64,000 nucleotides of DNA from Dehalococcoidia bacterium (GTDB lineage Bacteria; Chloroflexota; Dehalococcoidia; Lucifugimonadales; UBA3495): the NCBI GenBank assembly GCA_963664375.1, contig OY761449.1, forward strand, positions 2,026,877-2,090,876, given 5' to 3'. Shown here piece by piece: positions 54,973-62,687 of the stretch; position 1 is the first letter of the stretch; each line of letters starts with the position of its first letter. The notes beneath the pieces are model-generated. The model was not told the DNA's origin. It did not search any database and saw only the letters and a list, made by a program, of their open reading frames with translations. The translations under genes and the position numbers were made by a program.

Positions 54973-56346
54973 ATGACTATTACCGCTACAAATACCACAG
55001 AGGCCAGAGACAGCTTGCACAGACGTTTCGAGGAGCGAATCTTAGCCAATCCATCTCTAAGCCGTAGGTTAGTATCCTATCAAGGTAACAAGAAAGTTCC
55101 CGGGTTGCGCTGGCTGAAGTACAAAGAGGGATTCTCTGCCGACTTGGTTCGGGGACTCTTGGATGCTACTGATGCCAAGACTTTCCTCGACCCTTTTTCC
55201 GGCAGCGGCACCGGCCCTCTTACCGCTGGCAGCATGGGTATGGATGCTACGGGCATCGAAGTCATGCCTGTCGGAAATCTGCTGGCTCGTTCTATCTCGG
55301 TAGCTTCCAATGGGTTGCGGACGGAAGATTTGTGCGAGGCGGCAGGAGGGTTTCTTCAAACGCTGGAAGGCAATCAATTTAGTCCAGCTATGGCGTTCCC
55401 TCACGTACCTATCACGAAACACGCCTTCCCCCAAGAGACTGAGAATGAGTTGGCGAAAGCTAGGGAATACTTGAGCAGGGTAACCGATAGTTGCCTGCGC
55501 ACGGTACTTACCCTTGCCTGTGTGAGCGTTCTGGAGGAAATCAGTTACACCCGCAAGGATGGACAATTTCTCCGCTGGGATCCTCAATCCGGACGGGACG
55601 TAAAGCCCAAGCTGCACAAGCCAATCCTTCCGAGTCTTTCAGATGCGTTCAGCCGACGGATTAGGGAAATCGTCGACGACCTGCCAGCGCTAAAAGCCAA
55701 GTACGGTGGGACTGTCCCAAAGTTCATAGAAGGCTCCAGCCTGAATGAACTCCAAAATCTGCCCGGCGCGAGTTTTGATGCGGTTGTAACCTCTCCGCCC
55801 TATGCCAATCGGTATGACTATACCAGAACGTATGCTCTTGAGTTGGCGTACTTGGGGTACGACTCGGATGGACTGAAGGAACTGCGGCAAACCCTGCTGT
55901 CGGCGACCGTCGAGAATAAGTCGAAGCGGGAATTGTTAAAGCGCAGATATGGCAGCTTGGAAAACGCCAGCTTCGCCATTGATATGGCAGACCATCAGCC
56001 AGCATTGCAAGAGGCGTTAAATGCCCTGAAGGCGGAAGCGGGCAACCTGAGCAATCGCAACGTCATAGACTTGGTGGAAAATTATTTCACCGAAATGGCC
56101 CTTATAGTCGTTGAACTCGCACGGCTGGTTTCACCAGGGGGCCACGTTTTTATGGTGAATGACAACGTCCGATACCACGGCGAGGAAATTCCGGTTGACC
56201 TAATCCTGTCTGATTTCGCGGAGCAATGCGGGTTCCGCTGCGACTCCATTAGGACGCTCAATAGAGGCAAGGGCAATTCCAGCCAACAGATGGGCCGTTT
56301 CGGGCGACAAGAACTGCGAAAGTGCGTGTACCTCTGGAGGAGGTAA
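54973..56346 (+). CDS. DNA methyltransferase (N6-adenine or N4-cytosine; SPPY type)
   Basis: Motif I FLDPFSGSGTG and motif IV VVTSPPYANRYDY. G+C is visibly lower than in the flanks. Confidence 0.85.
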   Translation: MTITATNTTEARDSLHRRFEERILANPSLSRRLVSYQGNKKVPGLRWLKYKEGFSADLVRGLLDATDAKTFLDPFSGSGTGPLTAGSMGMDATGIEVMPVGNLLARSISVASNGLRTEDLCEAAGGFLQTLEGNQFSPAMAFPHVPITKHAFPQETENELAKAREYLSRVTDSCLRTVLTLACVSVLEEISYTRKDGQFLRWDPQSGRDVKPKLHKPILPSLSDAFSRRIREIVDDLPALKAKYGGTVPKFIEGSSLNELQNLPGASFDAVVTSPPYANRYDYTRTYALELAYLGYDSDGLKELRQTLLSATVENKSKRELLKRRYGSLENASFAIDMADHQPALQEALNALKAEAGNLSNRNVIDLVENYFTEMALIVVELARLVSPGGHVFMVNDNVRYHGEEIPVDLILSDFAEQCGFRCDSIRTLNRGKGNSSQQMGRFGRQELRKCVYLWRR

Positions 56347-56347
56347 A

Positions 56348-57301
56348 GTGGTTACCCCGGATTCTCGCCTGGAAGAATCAAGGCAAAGAGCATTGGCAAT
56401 TTCGGATGCCATCCGGCGGCGGCCCGATGAAAGCGTCCGCGAGAAAATTCGGGGATACCCCGAGCCATTGGAGTTTGCCAGCCGCTTGGAGGATTTGGCG
56501 ATCGCGGAAGAGGCTTGGGAGCACATCGTTCAGACACAGATCGACCCGAAATTGGTCTTTGCACACCCTGACCTTCTGCGGGCACATCCTGAAACCTCTC
56601 TTCATTATCGAGGAATCGCCACGTTGTCTCTTAAGAGGGTTCAGGCAATGGCTACTTCAGTAAGCAGGTGGGAGGACGGGAGCTTGCGCCGCGCCCCAAC
56701 TTTGGAAAGGTGTACTTCCGTTGCACGCACTTACAATGCCGTAATTTCTGTGGTGGTCACTGGGACTGACGGATGGGCTTTGGAAAACGGATACAGGAAC
56801 GTACTGGCGACAATCGGCATTACCGAGGATGGTTCCCTGAGAAATCTTGTCGGGCAGCAAGGGGAGGCTGCTGTCAAGGATGGCATCATCAAATGGTTGA
56901 AGGATGCTGGTGCGGCTGCTCACCCGCGTTTTGAGGGAGCGACTACGATTCTTGGGGAACCTGGGCGCTTCCGTATGGTTTTCGGTTCCGAACCTGACAT
57001 TAAGTTCGAGAGCCAGAACGATGAGGGAGCATGGCAAATCGTTTCTACCGTGGAGATAAAGAGCGGTACCGACCCCGCTGGCGCATTAGAACGGTTGGGT
57101 GCGATTCAGAAGAGTTTCGACCAGACACCTGCCCGGTCCCGTAATTTCGTTGTGCTGGGTATCGTAACCCCCGCTATGCGGTCCCGCCTAGATGAATTAA
57201 ATGTCACCAGGGATTTCCTGCTTTACGACCTTCTAAACGACTCCGAAGCTTGGGACGCCTTCGTTGCGGAATTGTTTCATCACACCCTTCGCATAATCTA
57301 A
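56348..57301 (+). CDS. putative type II restriction endonuclease (PD-(D/E)XK-like)
   Basis: It starts 2 nt after the methyltransferase stop. SEPDIKF...STVEIKSGTD fits PD...(D/E)xK. I half-recall XcyI-family similarity but cannot verify it. Confidence 0.55.
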   Translation: MVTPDSRLEESRQRALAISDAIRRRPDESVREKIRGYPEPLEFASRLEDLAIAEEAWEHIVQTQIDPKLVFAHPDLLRAHPETSLHYRGIATLSLKRVQAMATSVSRWEDGSLRRAPTLERCTSVARTYNAVISVVVTGTDGWALENGYRNVLATIGITEDGSLRNLVGQQGEAAVKDGIIKWLKDAGAAAHPRFEGATTILGEPGRFRMVFGSEPDIKFESQNDEGAWQIVSTVEIKSGTDPAGALERLGAIQKSFDQTPARSRNFVVLGIVTPAMRSRLDELNVTRDFLLYDLLNDSEAWDAFVAELFHHTLRII

Positions 57302-57462
57302 CCAGTTTGCCGTGTATGTGTAATCGACCTAGCTGGCCGACACCGACCACAACCGCGCAATCCTGGACTGGCGGGTTATTGGGGACTTGATAGAGTTCTG
57401 CCGCCGACAGCGACAACGGCCTGAACAGCACTTTGGTGCAATCCAGACAACAGGAGCCTGAT

Positions 57463-57861
57463 ATGACTTCTCCCGCGACGGAGCCGCCGGAAACCGGGGA
57501 CGCTGTGGCCGACCACCGGGCGCGGGCCGCTTATTTCTTGCAAAAAGGAAGGGAGTATCTGGCCGAGGGCGACTTGCATCAGGCGTCCGAAAAAGGCTGG
57601 GGAGCGGCAGCGCACATGGTCAAGGCCTTCGCTGCGTCTTACGGGCTGACCTACGAAAGCCACGATGAGTTTGACCACGTGCTGGAGCAGGTGTCGGTGC
57701 TGGGGAGAAACGAGCGGATTCATGATTTGGGCAACTCTGCCCAATATCTGCACCGCAATTATTACAAACGCAAGATGTTTCTGAAATCGGAACCTATCCA
57801 GCGTAATTTGGACAATGTAGCGGAACTAATCGGGTTGCTGTCGCCTCTGTGCCGGAGCTAG
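57463..57861 (+). CDS. PaREP1-like (HEPN-superfamily) protein
   Basis: YFLQKGREYLAEGDLHQASEKGWGAAAHMVKAFA ... YLHRNYYKRK. ATG 57463 follows caggag. Confidence 0.62.
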   Translation: MTSPATEPPETGDAVADHRARAAYFLQKGREYLAEGDLHQASEKGWGAAAHMVKAFAASYGLTYESHDEFDHVLEQVSVLGRNERIHDLGNSAQYLHRNYYKRKMFLKSEPIQRNLDNVAELIGLLSPLCRS

Positions 57862-57897
57862 GGCGGAGGCTCCGGCAAGCGTTGGTGGGGAGAAAGA

Positions 57898-57935
57898 TTC
57901 ACCCCCACCCTAGCCCTCCCCCCGAGGGGGAGGGG
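57898..57935. repeat. REP-like element (family 1, inverted)
   Basis: ttcacccccaccctagccctccccccgagggggagggg. Confidence 0.8.
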
Positions 57936-57977
57936 AAGTAAGGAAACGCGCCTCCTCAGGAGGAAAAGCAGCGTTGC

Positions 57978-59036
57978 CTATGGCCGGGCTACCGCCAGGC
58001 ACTTGCTGGAGTTGTGGACGTAGGTCTGCTGGAACTCGACGATTTCGGGCGTGCGGTTCAGTTCCGACAGCGCGCCGGCGAGGCACATCCAGTTGAGCAT
58101 CTCCTGCTGCCCGGCGTCCTCGACCTGCGCCGTGGTCAGCCCGCGCCACGCCTCGAAGTCGCCGGCCTTGAACTCCTCGAACCTGGCCCGGTCGGAGTCC
58201 ACGTCGCAATACAGCCACCAGTTCTTTTCCGTCAGGAAGGCGTGGGACCAGCTTGACGACGCGATGATCGCCACGCGCCAGGGGCTGGCTTGCAACGCCC
58301 GGGCCGCGGCCGCGCCCAGCTCCATGCAGCGTTTGGGCGACGGGCCGGGCGGGTCGGCGGGTGCCTCGACGCCGTTGACCGTCTGTGTCGTGGCGCCGCC
58401 GCGGTTGCGGATGACGCGGCTGCCGTAGCAGTTGATGGCGAAGGGGATCACCGGATAGTCGAAGCCGATGCGGTCGTAGTCCAGGTAGAGCAGCGTGTTC
58501 AGGAAGGCGTGGCCCAGCCCCGGCTCGTGCAGCGGCTTGTAGGCATAGGCCACGTCGAAACCGTCGTCGATCAGCGCCCCGGCCAGGTACCGCGCCGACG
58601 GGTGCCCGCTGTACCGGAAAGTCTTGTCCGCTGGCTCGCCCCACACGTTGGGCCGCGTCCCGCCGTCCTTGGTGGCGAAGGGACGGCATTCGTACTCCCC
58701 GTGGGCCATCACGCAGAAGGTGGGGATGATGTCCTCTTTGAAGTTCTCGTACTGGTCGTCGCCCCAGACCAGCACCACGTCGGGGTTGAAGGCGTCCAGT
58801 TCCGCCCGAACCTTGCGGAATCCGGCCACCAGCTTCTCCCGCTGGAACAGCGCGGAGGAGTAGCCCTCGTCGTCGCCCCATTCCTTGCGCATTGCGTCCG
58901 GCCAATTCTCCGGGTTCTTCCGCTCGCTGGGGATGCGGTCGTTCCTCAGCGCGCGGGTCAGCGAATAGTTCTTAAGCTCGTCCGGCGCGATCAACGACGG
59001 CGAATGCGTAACGCCAATGCCCAGTATCTCTGCCAT
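57978..59036 (-). CDS. class III extradiol dioxygenase (LigB superfamily)-like protein
   Basis: GVTHSP near the N-terminus, GHAF, and ASSSWSH, as in LigB-type enzymes. ATG 59036 follows caggagg. The family call is tentative. Confidence 0.55.
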   Translation of the reverse strand: MAEILGIGVTHSPSLIAPDELKNYSLTRALRNDRIPSERKNPENWPDAMRKEWGDDEGYSSALFQREKLVAGFRKVRAELDAFNPDVVLVWGDDQYENFKEDIIPTFCVMAHGEYECRPFATKDGGTRPNVWGEPADKTFRYSGHPSARYLAGALIDDGFDVAYAYKPLHEPGLGHAFLNTLLYLDYDRIGFDYPVIPFAINCYGSRVIRNRGGATTQTVNGVEAPADPPGPSPKRCMELGAAAARALQASPWRVAIIASSSWSHAFLTEKNWWLYCDVDSDRARFEEFKAGDFEAWRGLTTAQVEDAGQQEMLNWMCLAGALSELNRTPEIVEFQQTYVHNSSKCLAVARP

Positions 59037-59079
59037 GCTGCGCCTCCTGTGGTATGTATTGGCGAAGGTATTGCTGCAA

Positions 59080-59649
59080 TTATACCCCGGAATCTCGGTC
59101 TCTACGCCGAATCGAGTCAACAAGTGGCTGATCTACTCTGTAGTGTTCGTCAACCTCCTCCAGGAGTTCGCGGTGGCAGTTCGCCCCGTGGAATAACTTC
59201 ACGACTACCCCTTCGCTCTTGGCTGCCTCAATTGCCGGGATAAAGTCGCTGTCGCCAGCAATCAGAACGGCTTGCTGAATGTGGCCATTGGCCGATAATT
59301 TGACCAGGTCCACCGCCAGCAGGATGTCCACCCTTTTTTGCTCTGTTACAGGGGAGCCGTCATCTCTGGTTCCCCGCCGTTCTACCCTCCCCAATTTCAC
59401 GGTGTATATCGGGAGCAGTTTCAGCGCGGAAAAGAACTGCCGTTGTCGGTTGTAGAAGGCGCTCTCCCGGGTCGTGGGAGGGTCGCTCCGATAGGGGAGT
59501 GATGAATAATAGTAAGTCCTGATTAGATTGGTTCCCAAAGTTAACTTGCTGGGAAGCAATCCAAAGTTGACCCGCGCATCCCCGAACTCATTGCGCAGCA
59601 CATTGAAGAGGTAGGCACCGTCAATGAAAATCGCGGATCTCTCTGGCAT
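59080..59649 (-). CDS. NYN domain (LabA/DUF88-like, PIN-fold) ribonuclease
   Basis: AIFIDGAYL, VDILLAVDL and IAGDSDFIPAIE acidic motifs are all intact. ATG 59649 follows taggggg. Confidence 0.85.
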   Translation of the reverse strand: MPERSAIFIDGAYLFNVLRNEFGDARVNFGLLPSKLTLGTNLIRTYYYSSLPYRSDPPTTRESAFYNRQRQFFSALKLLPIYTVKLGRVERRGTRDDGSPVTEQKRVDILLAVDLVKLSANGHIQQAVLIAGDSDFIPAIEAAKSEGVVVKLFHGANCHRELLEEVDEHYRVDQPLVDSIRRRDRDSGV

Positions 59650-59662
59650 TAGCGCCCCCTAC

Positions 59663-59695
59663 AAAATGGAAAAGGGGCCGCGGTATCACGACCCC
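59663..59695 (-). terminator. intrinsic terminator between the tandem repeats and the NYN start codon
   Basis: Minus strand: GGGGTCGTG-atac-CGCGGCCCC (9-bp stem including 2 G-U pairs) followed by TTTTCCATTTT. It ends 13 nt before the ATG. Confidence 0.7.
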
Positions 59696-59703
59696 ATTTC
59701 TGT

Positions 59704-59814
59704 GTAACCTGACGTGAGTGGCCGCTCGGGGCGAACCGGCGGGTTGACGCCAGGGAGGATAGTAACCTGACGTGAGTGGCCGCTCGGGGCGAACCGGCGG
59801 GTTGACGCCAGGGA
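59704..59814 (-). ncRNA. two 100% identical 53-nt direct repeats (58-nt period); candidate repeat-RNA (type III antitoxin-like) or cis-regulatory leader
   Basis: Units 59704-59756 and 59762-59814 are identical base for base. Each folds (minus strand) as CCUGGCG/CGUCAGG enclosing the hairpin CCGCCGG-uucgcc-CCGAGCGG. They lie downstream of a strong promoter and upstream of a terminator. Confidence 0.55.
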
Positions 59815-59869
59815 ATTTTGTCGCCCGAACGTGCGCTGACGCCCAACGTCCGAGTGTCTAGACATTTGT

Positions 59870-59899
59870 ATATTACCATCCTCAGGCAACACTGGTCAA
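59870..59899 (-). promoter_or_regulatory. sigma70-like promoter driving the repeat/NYN unit
   Basis: Minus strand: TTGACC - 18 nt - TAATAT. Confidence 0.55.
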
Positions 59900-59999
59900 A
59901 GTCCTGGCGCTGGGTCAACTTGCCCGCCCCGTCCGTTTGCGGCGATAATGGGCCGCAAATCCCGACCGCGATTCGCACACGCACCGCAGGAGGCAGCTT

Positions 60000-60818
60000 A
60001 TGGACTGGGGAATGGCCAACCGTATGGCGCAGCTTGTTCAATCCGACGGGAAGTGCATGTTCCTTCCCGTTGACCACGGTTACTTTCAGGGGCCGACCCG
60101 CAACCTGGAGCGGCCGGGCGAGACCATCGCCCCGCTGATGCCCTACGCCGACGCGCTGTTCGCCACCCGCGGCGTCGTCCGCTCCGTCGTAGATCCGGCC
60201 GACACCAAGCCGCTGATCCTGCGCGTTTCCGGCGGCACCAGCATGACCGCTGGCGACCTCGCCGACGAGGACGTGACCACCTCCATGGAGGACGCCATCA
60301 GGCTGAATGTCGCAGCCGTTGGCATTTCCGTGTTCATCGGCTCCGAGTACCAGAAGCAGTCCATCATCAACCTCGGTCGGCTGGTCGACGAAGGGGAGCG
60401 CTACGGCATCCCGGTCATGGCGGTCACCGCCGTGGGCCGCGAGCTGGACCAGCGGGACTCGCGCTACCTGGCCATGGCCTGCCGCATCTGCGCCGAAATG
60501 GGCGCCAAGGTGGTCAAGACCTACTGGTGCGAGGACGGCTTTGACCGCGTGGTCGACGGCTGCCCCGTGCCGGTGGTGATGGCCGGGGGGCCGAGGGCGG
60601 AAACTGAGCGCGAGGTGCTGGAATTCGTTCACGACGGCATGCAGAACGGCGCCATAGGGATCAACCTTGGCCGCAACATCTGGCAGAGCCCCAATCCCGT
60701 GCCGATGATTCGCTCCCTGCGTCACATCGTCCACGGCGGTGGCACTGTGGCCGAGGCGCAGGAAGTCTTTGAATCAGCCCGCGCCGGTACCGCCGAGCTG
60801 GTCGGCGTCTCGGACTGA
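60000..60818 (+). CDS. class I aldolase, DhnA/LsrF/ADH-synthase family
   Basis: LPVDHGYFQGP, a Schiff-base Lys context (GAKVVKTYW), and GINLGRNIWQ. Confidence 0.88.
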   Translation: MDWGMANRMAQLVQSDGKCMFLPVDHGYFQGPTRNLERPGETIAPLMPYADALFATRGVVRSVVDPADTKPLILRVSGGTSMTAGDLADEDVTTSMEDAIRLNVAAVGISVFIGSEYQKQSIINLGRLVDEGERYGIPVMAVTAVGRELDQRDSRYLAMACRICAEMGAKVVKTYWCEDGFDRVVDGCPVPVVMAGGPRAETEREVLEFVHDGMQNGAIGINLGRNIWQSPNPVPMIRSLRHIVHGGGTVAEAQEVFESARAGTAELVGVSD

Positions 60819-60840
60819 GTCCTTTTCCACCTTCCATTTC

Positions 60841-60878
60841 CCCTCCCCATCAGGAGGAGGGCTAGGGTGGGGGTGAAT
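60841..60878. repeat. REP-like element (family 1)
   Basis: cccctccccatcaggaggagggctagggtgggggtgaa. Confidence 0.8.
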
Positions 60879-60928
60879 CCCCCCGCAATCGAAAACCTGC
60901 GTAATCCCCAACGCCGAGGCCAGCAGTC

Positions 60929-61957
60929 ATGCGCGTAGCCATGTACTACAACAACAACGACGTCCGCATCGAGGAAATGCCTCGTCCAGAGATCGGTCCC
61001 GACGAGTTGCTGCTCCGGATCGACGCCAGCGGCATTTGCGGAAGCGACGTCATGGAGTGGTACCGCATCCAGCGCGCGCCAGTGGTGCTGGGACACGAGG
61101 TTGCCGGGACCGTGGTGCAGGTCGGGCGCGAAGTAACCAAGTTCCGCGAGAACGACCGCTTGGTTGTAACCCATCACGTTCCCTGCAACGCCTGCCGCTA
61201 CTGCCTCAGCGGCAGCCACACCGTCTGCGACACCCTGCGGGCCACCAACTACGACCCCGGCGGGTTCTGCGAGTACGTGCGCCTGCCGGCCATCAACGTT
61301 GACCGCGGAGCCATTCCCATTCCTCGCGGCGTCACCTTCCCGGAGGCGTCCGTCGCCGAGCCGCTGGCCTGTGTTTACCGGGGCCAGCGCCGCGCCAACC
61401 TCCAGGCCGGACAGTCAGTGCTGGTATTGGGCAGCGGCCTGGCCGGGCTGCTTCACATAAACCTCGCCCGCGCGGTTGGGGCTGGACGGATAGTGTCAAC
61501 CGATCTTTCCGATTTCCGGCTGGAGGCAGCCCGCAGTCTGGGCGCCGACGTCACCTTGAGGGCCGACGAATACACCCCCGACCTGCTTCGTCAGGTCAAC
61601 GACGGGCGACTGGCCGATCTCGTGATTGTCGCCACCGGGGCCCGCCCCGCGTTGTTGCAAGCCCTGGAATCGGTAGACCGCGATGGCACGGTGCTGTTCT
61701 ACGCCCCCACCGAGCCGGGCGTCGAGGTTCCGGTATCCATCAACGACGTTTTCTTCCGCAACGGAGCCACGCTCACTACCACCTACGCCGCTGCTCCCGG
61801 CGACCTTACCACGGCTCTCGACCTCATCGCCTCGGGCCGGGTGCAGGTTGGGGAAATGATCTCCCACCGTCTCCCGCTTGAGGAGACCGGGCTGGGCTTT
61901 AAGCTCACGGCCAGCGCCACCGACTCGCTGAAGGTGGTGATCCAACCGCACCGCTGA
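60929..61957 (+). CDS. zinc-dependent alcohol/polyol dehydrogenase (MDR family)
   Basis: GICGSDV, GHEVAG, CxxCxxCxxxxxxxC structural zinc site, GSGLAG Rossmann. Confidence 0.9.
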   Translation: MRVAMYYNNNDVRIEEMPRPEIGPDELLLRIDASGICGSDVMEWYRIQRAPVVLGHEVAGTVVQVGREVTKFRENDRLVVTHHVPCNACRYCLSGSHTVCDTLRATNYDPGGFCEYVRLPAINVDRGAIPIPRGVTFPEASVAEPLACVYRGQRRANLQAGQSVLVLGSGLAGLLHINLARAVGAGRIVSTDLSDFRLEAARSLGADVTLRADEYTPDLLRQVNDGRLADLVIVATGARPALLQALESVDRDGTVLFYAPTEPGVEVPVSINDVFFRNGATLTTTYAAAPGDLTTALDLIASGRVQVGEMISHRLPLEETGLGFKLTASATDSLKVVIQPHR

Positions 61958-61970
61958 TACTGACAATAAG

Positions 61971-62140
61971 CCATCTCAAGAGTCCCCTCCCTATCCAGGG
62001 TGAGGGTTGCCATCTCAAGAGTCCCCTCTCTATCCAGGGCGAGGGTTGCCATCTCAAGAGTCCCCTCTCTATCCAGGGCGAGGGTTGCCATCTCAACAAC
62101 CCCTCCCCCTTGAGGGGGAGGGTTAGGGTGGGGGTGAAAA
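61971..62140. repeat. tandem array: 3 x 39-bp REP-variant units plus one canonical REP
   Basis: ccatctcaagagtcccctc(c/t)ctatccaggg(t/c)gagggttg at 61971, 62010 and 62049. Then ccatctcaacaacccctcccccttgagggggagggttagggtgggggtgaa. Confidence 0.85.
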
Positions 62141-62218
62141 GGTGGTGCAGAGAGGCCTACCGGATGATCGACCTCCCCGGCGCTAATTCGATGTCGGCTG
62201 ACGCAGGATGAGTGAAGG

Positions 62219-62671
62219 ATGATGAATCAGAACGAAACGGACGCCGAAAAGCTCGAACGCCAGCAGCAGGCGATTGCGGACCTGCGCCTGGATCGGGACG
62301 ACGACGACGAAACCCAGCGCTCGGTAGTCGTGGAAGCGGCCCGAAGGGCCACACAGTACAGTTGGCCCGGAATGCCGGAGGATGACCGCAATCGACTCGT
62401 GGAGATGGTGGTGGGCCTCCATGCGCTCAACTTTCAACTGTCGATTTTCCGGCGGGGCTGGTCTCAGGGCGTGAACGCCGAGAGAATCCAGCTCGACCCG
62501 GAAATCGCCGGACCCAGGATACTGGTCAGGGCCTACGCAACCGCCGAAGCGGATGCCTGGCGGATGAGAGCCGAGGCAGGAGAATTGCCCGGCGACACCG
62601 GCCCGCGCCCCAGCTTGGAGGACCGTATCCGCCGTTACCTGCGCCCACACGAGTTAAAGGGAGACAACTGA
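62219..62671 (+). CDS. hypothetical protein (150 aa)
   Basis: Track ORF bracketed by the two repeat arrays; no family recognised. Confidence 0.5.
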   Translation: MMNQNETDAEKLERQQQAIADLRLDRDDDDETQRSVVVEAARRATQYSWPGMPEDDRNRLVEMVVGLHALNFQLSIFRRGWSQGVNAERIQLDPEIAGPRILVRAYATAEADAWRMRAEAGELPGDTGPRPSLEDRIRRYLRPHELKGDN

Positions 62672-62687
62672 GAGGGTGTATGACCAA

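Noticed and set aside
59704-59814. Tandem riboswitch interpretation of the two 53-nt repeats (glycine, NAD+-I nadA motif, ZTP, guanidine classes considered).
   Set aside because: I could not match the units to any riboswitch consensus I can recall. The two units are 100% identical, whereas natural tandem aptamers are diverged. The downstream gene is a nuclease and not a metabolic or transport gene. This reading is not formally excluded without an Rfam scan.
59650-60734. 361-aa minus-strand ORF spanning the aldolase gene and the tandem-repeat region.
   Set aside because: It is antisense to a well-supported DhnA-type aldolase and runs through the promoter, repeat and terminator region. Its composition is shadow-ORF-like.
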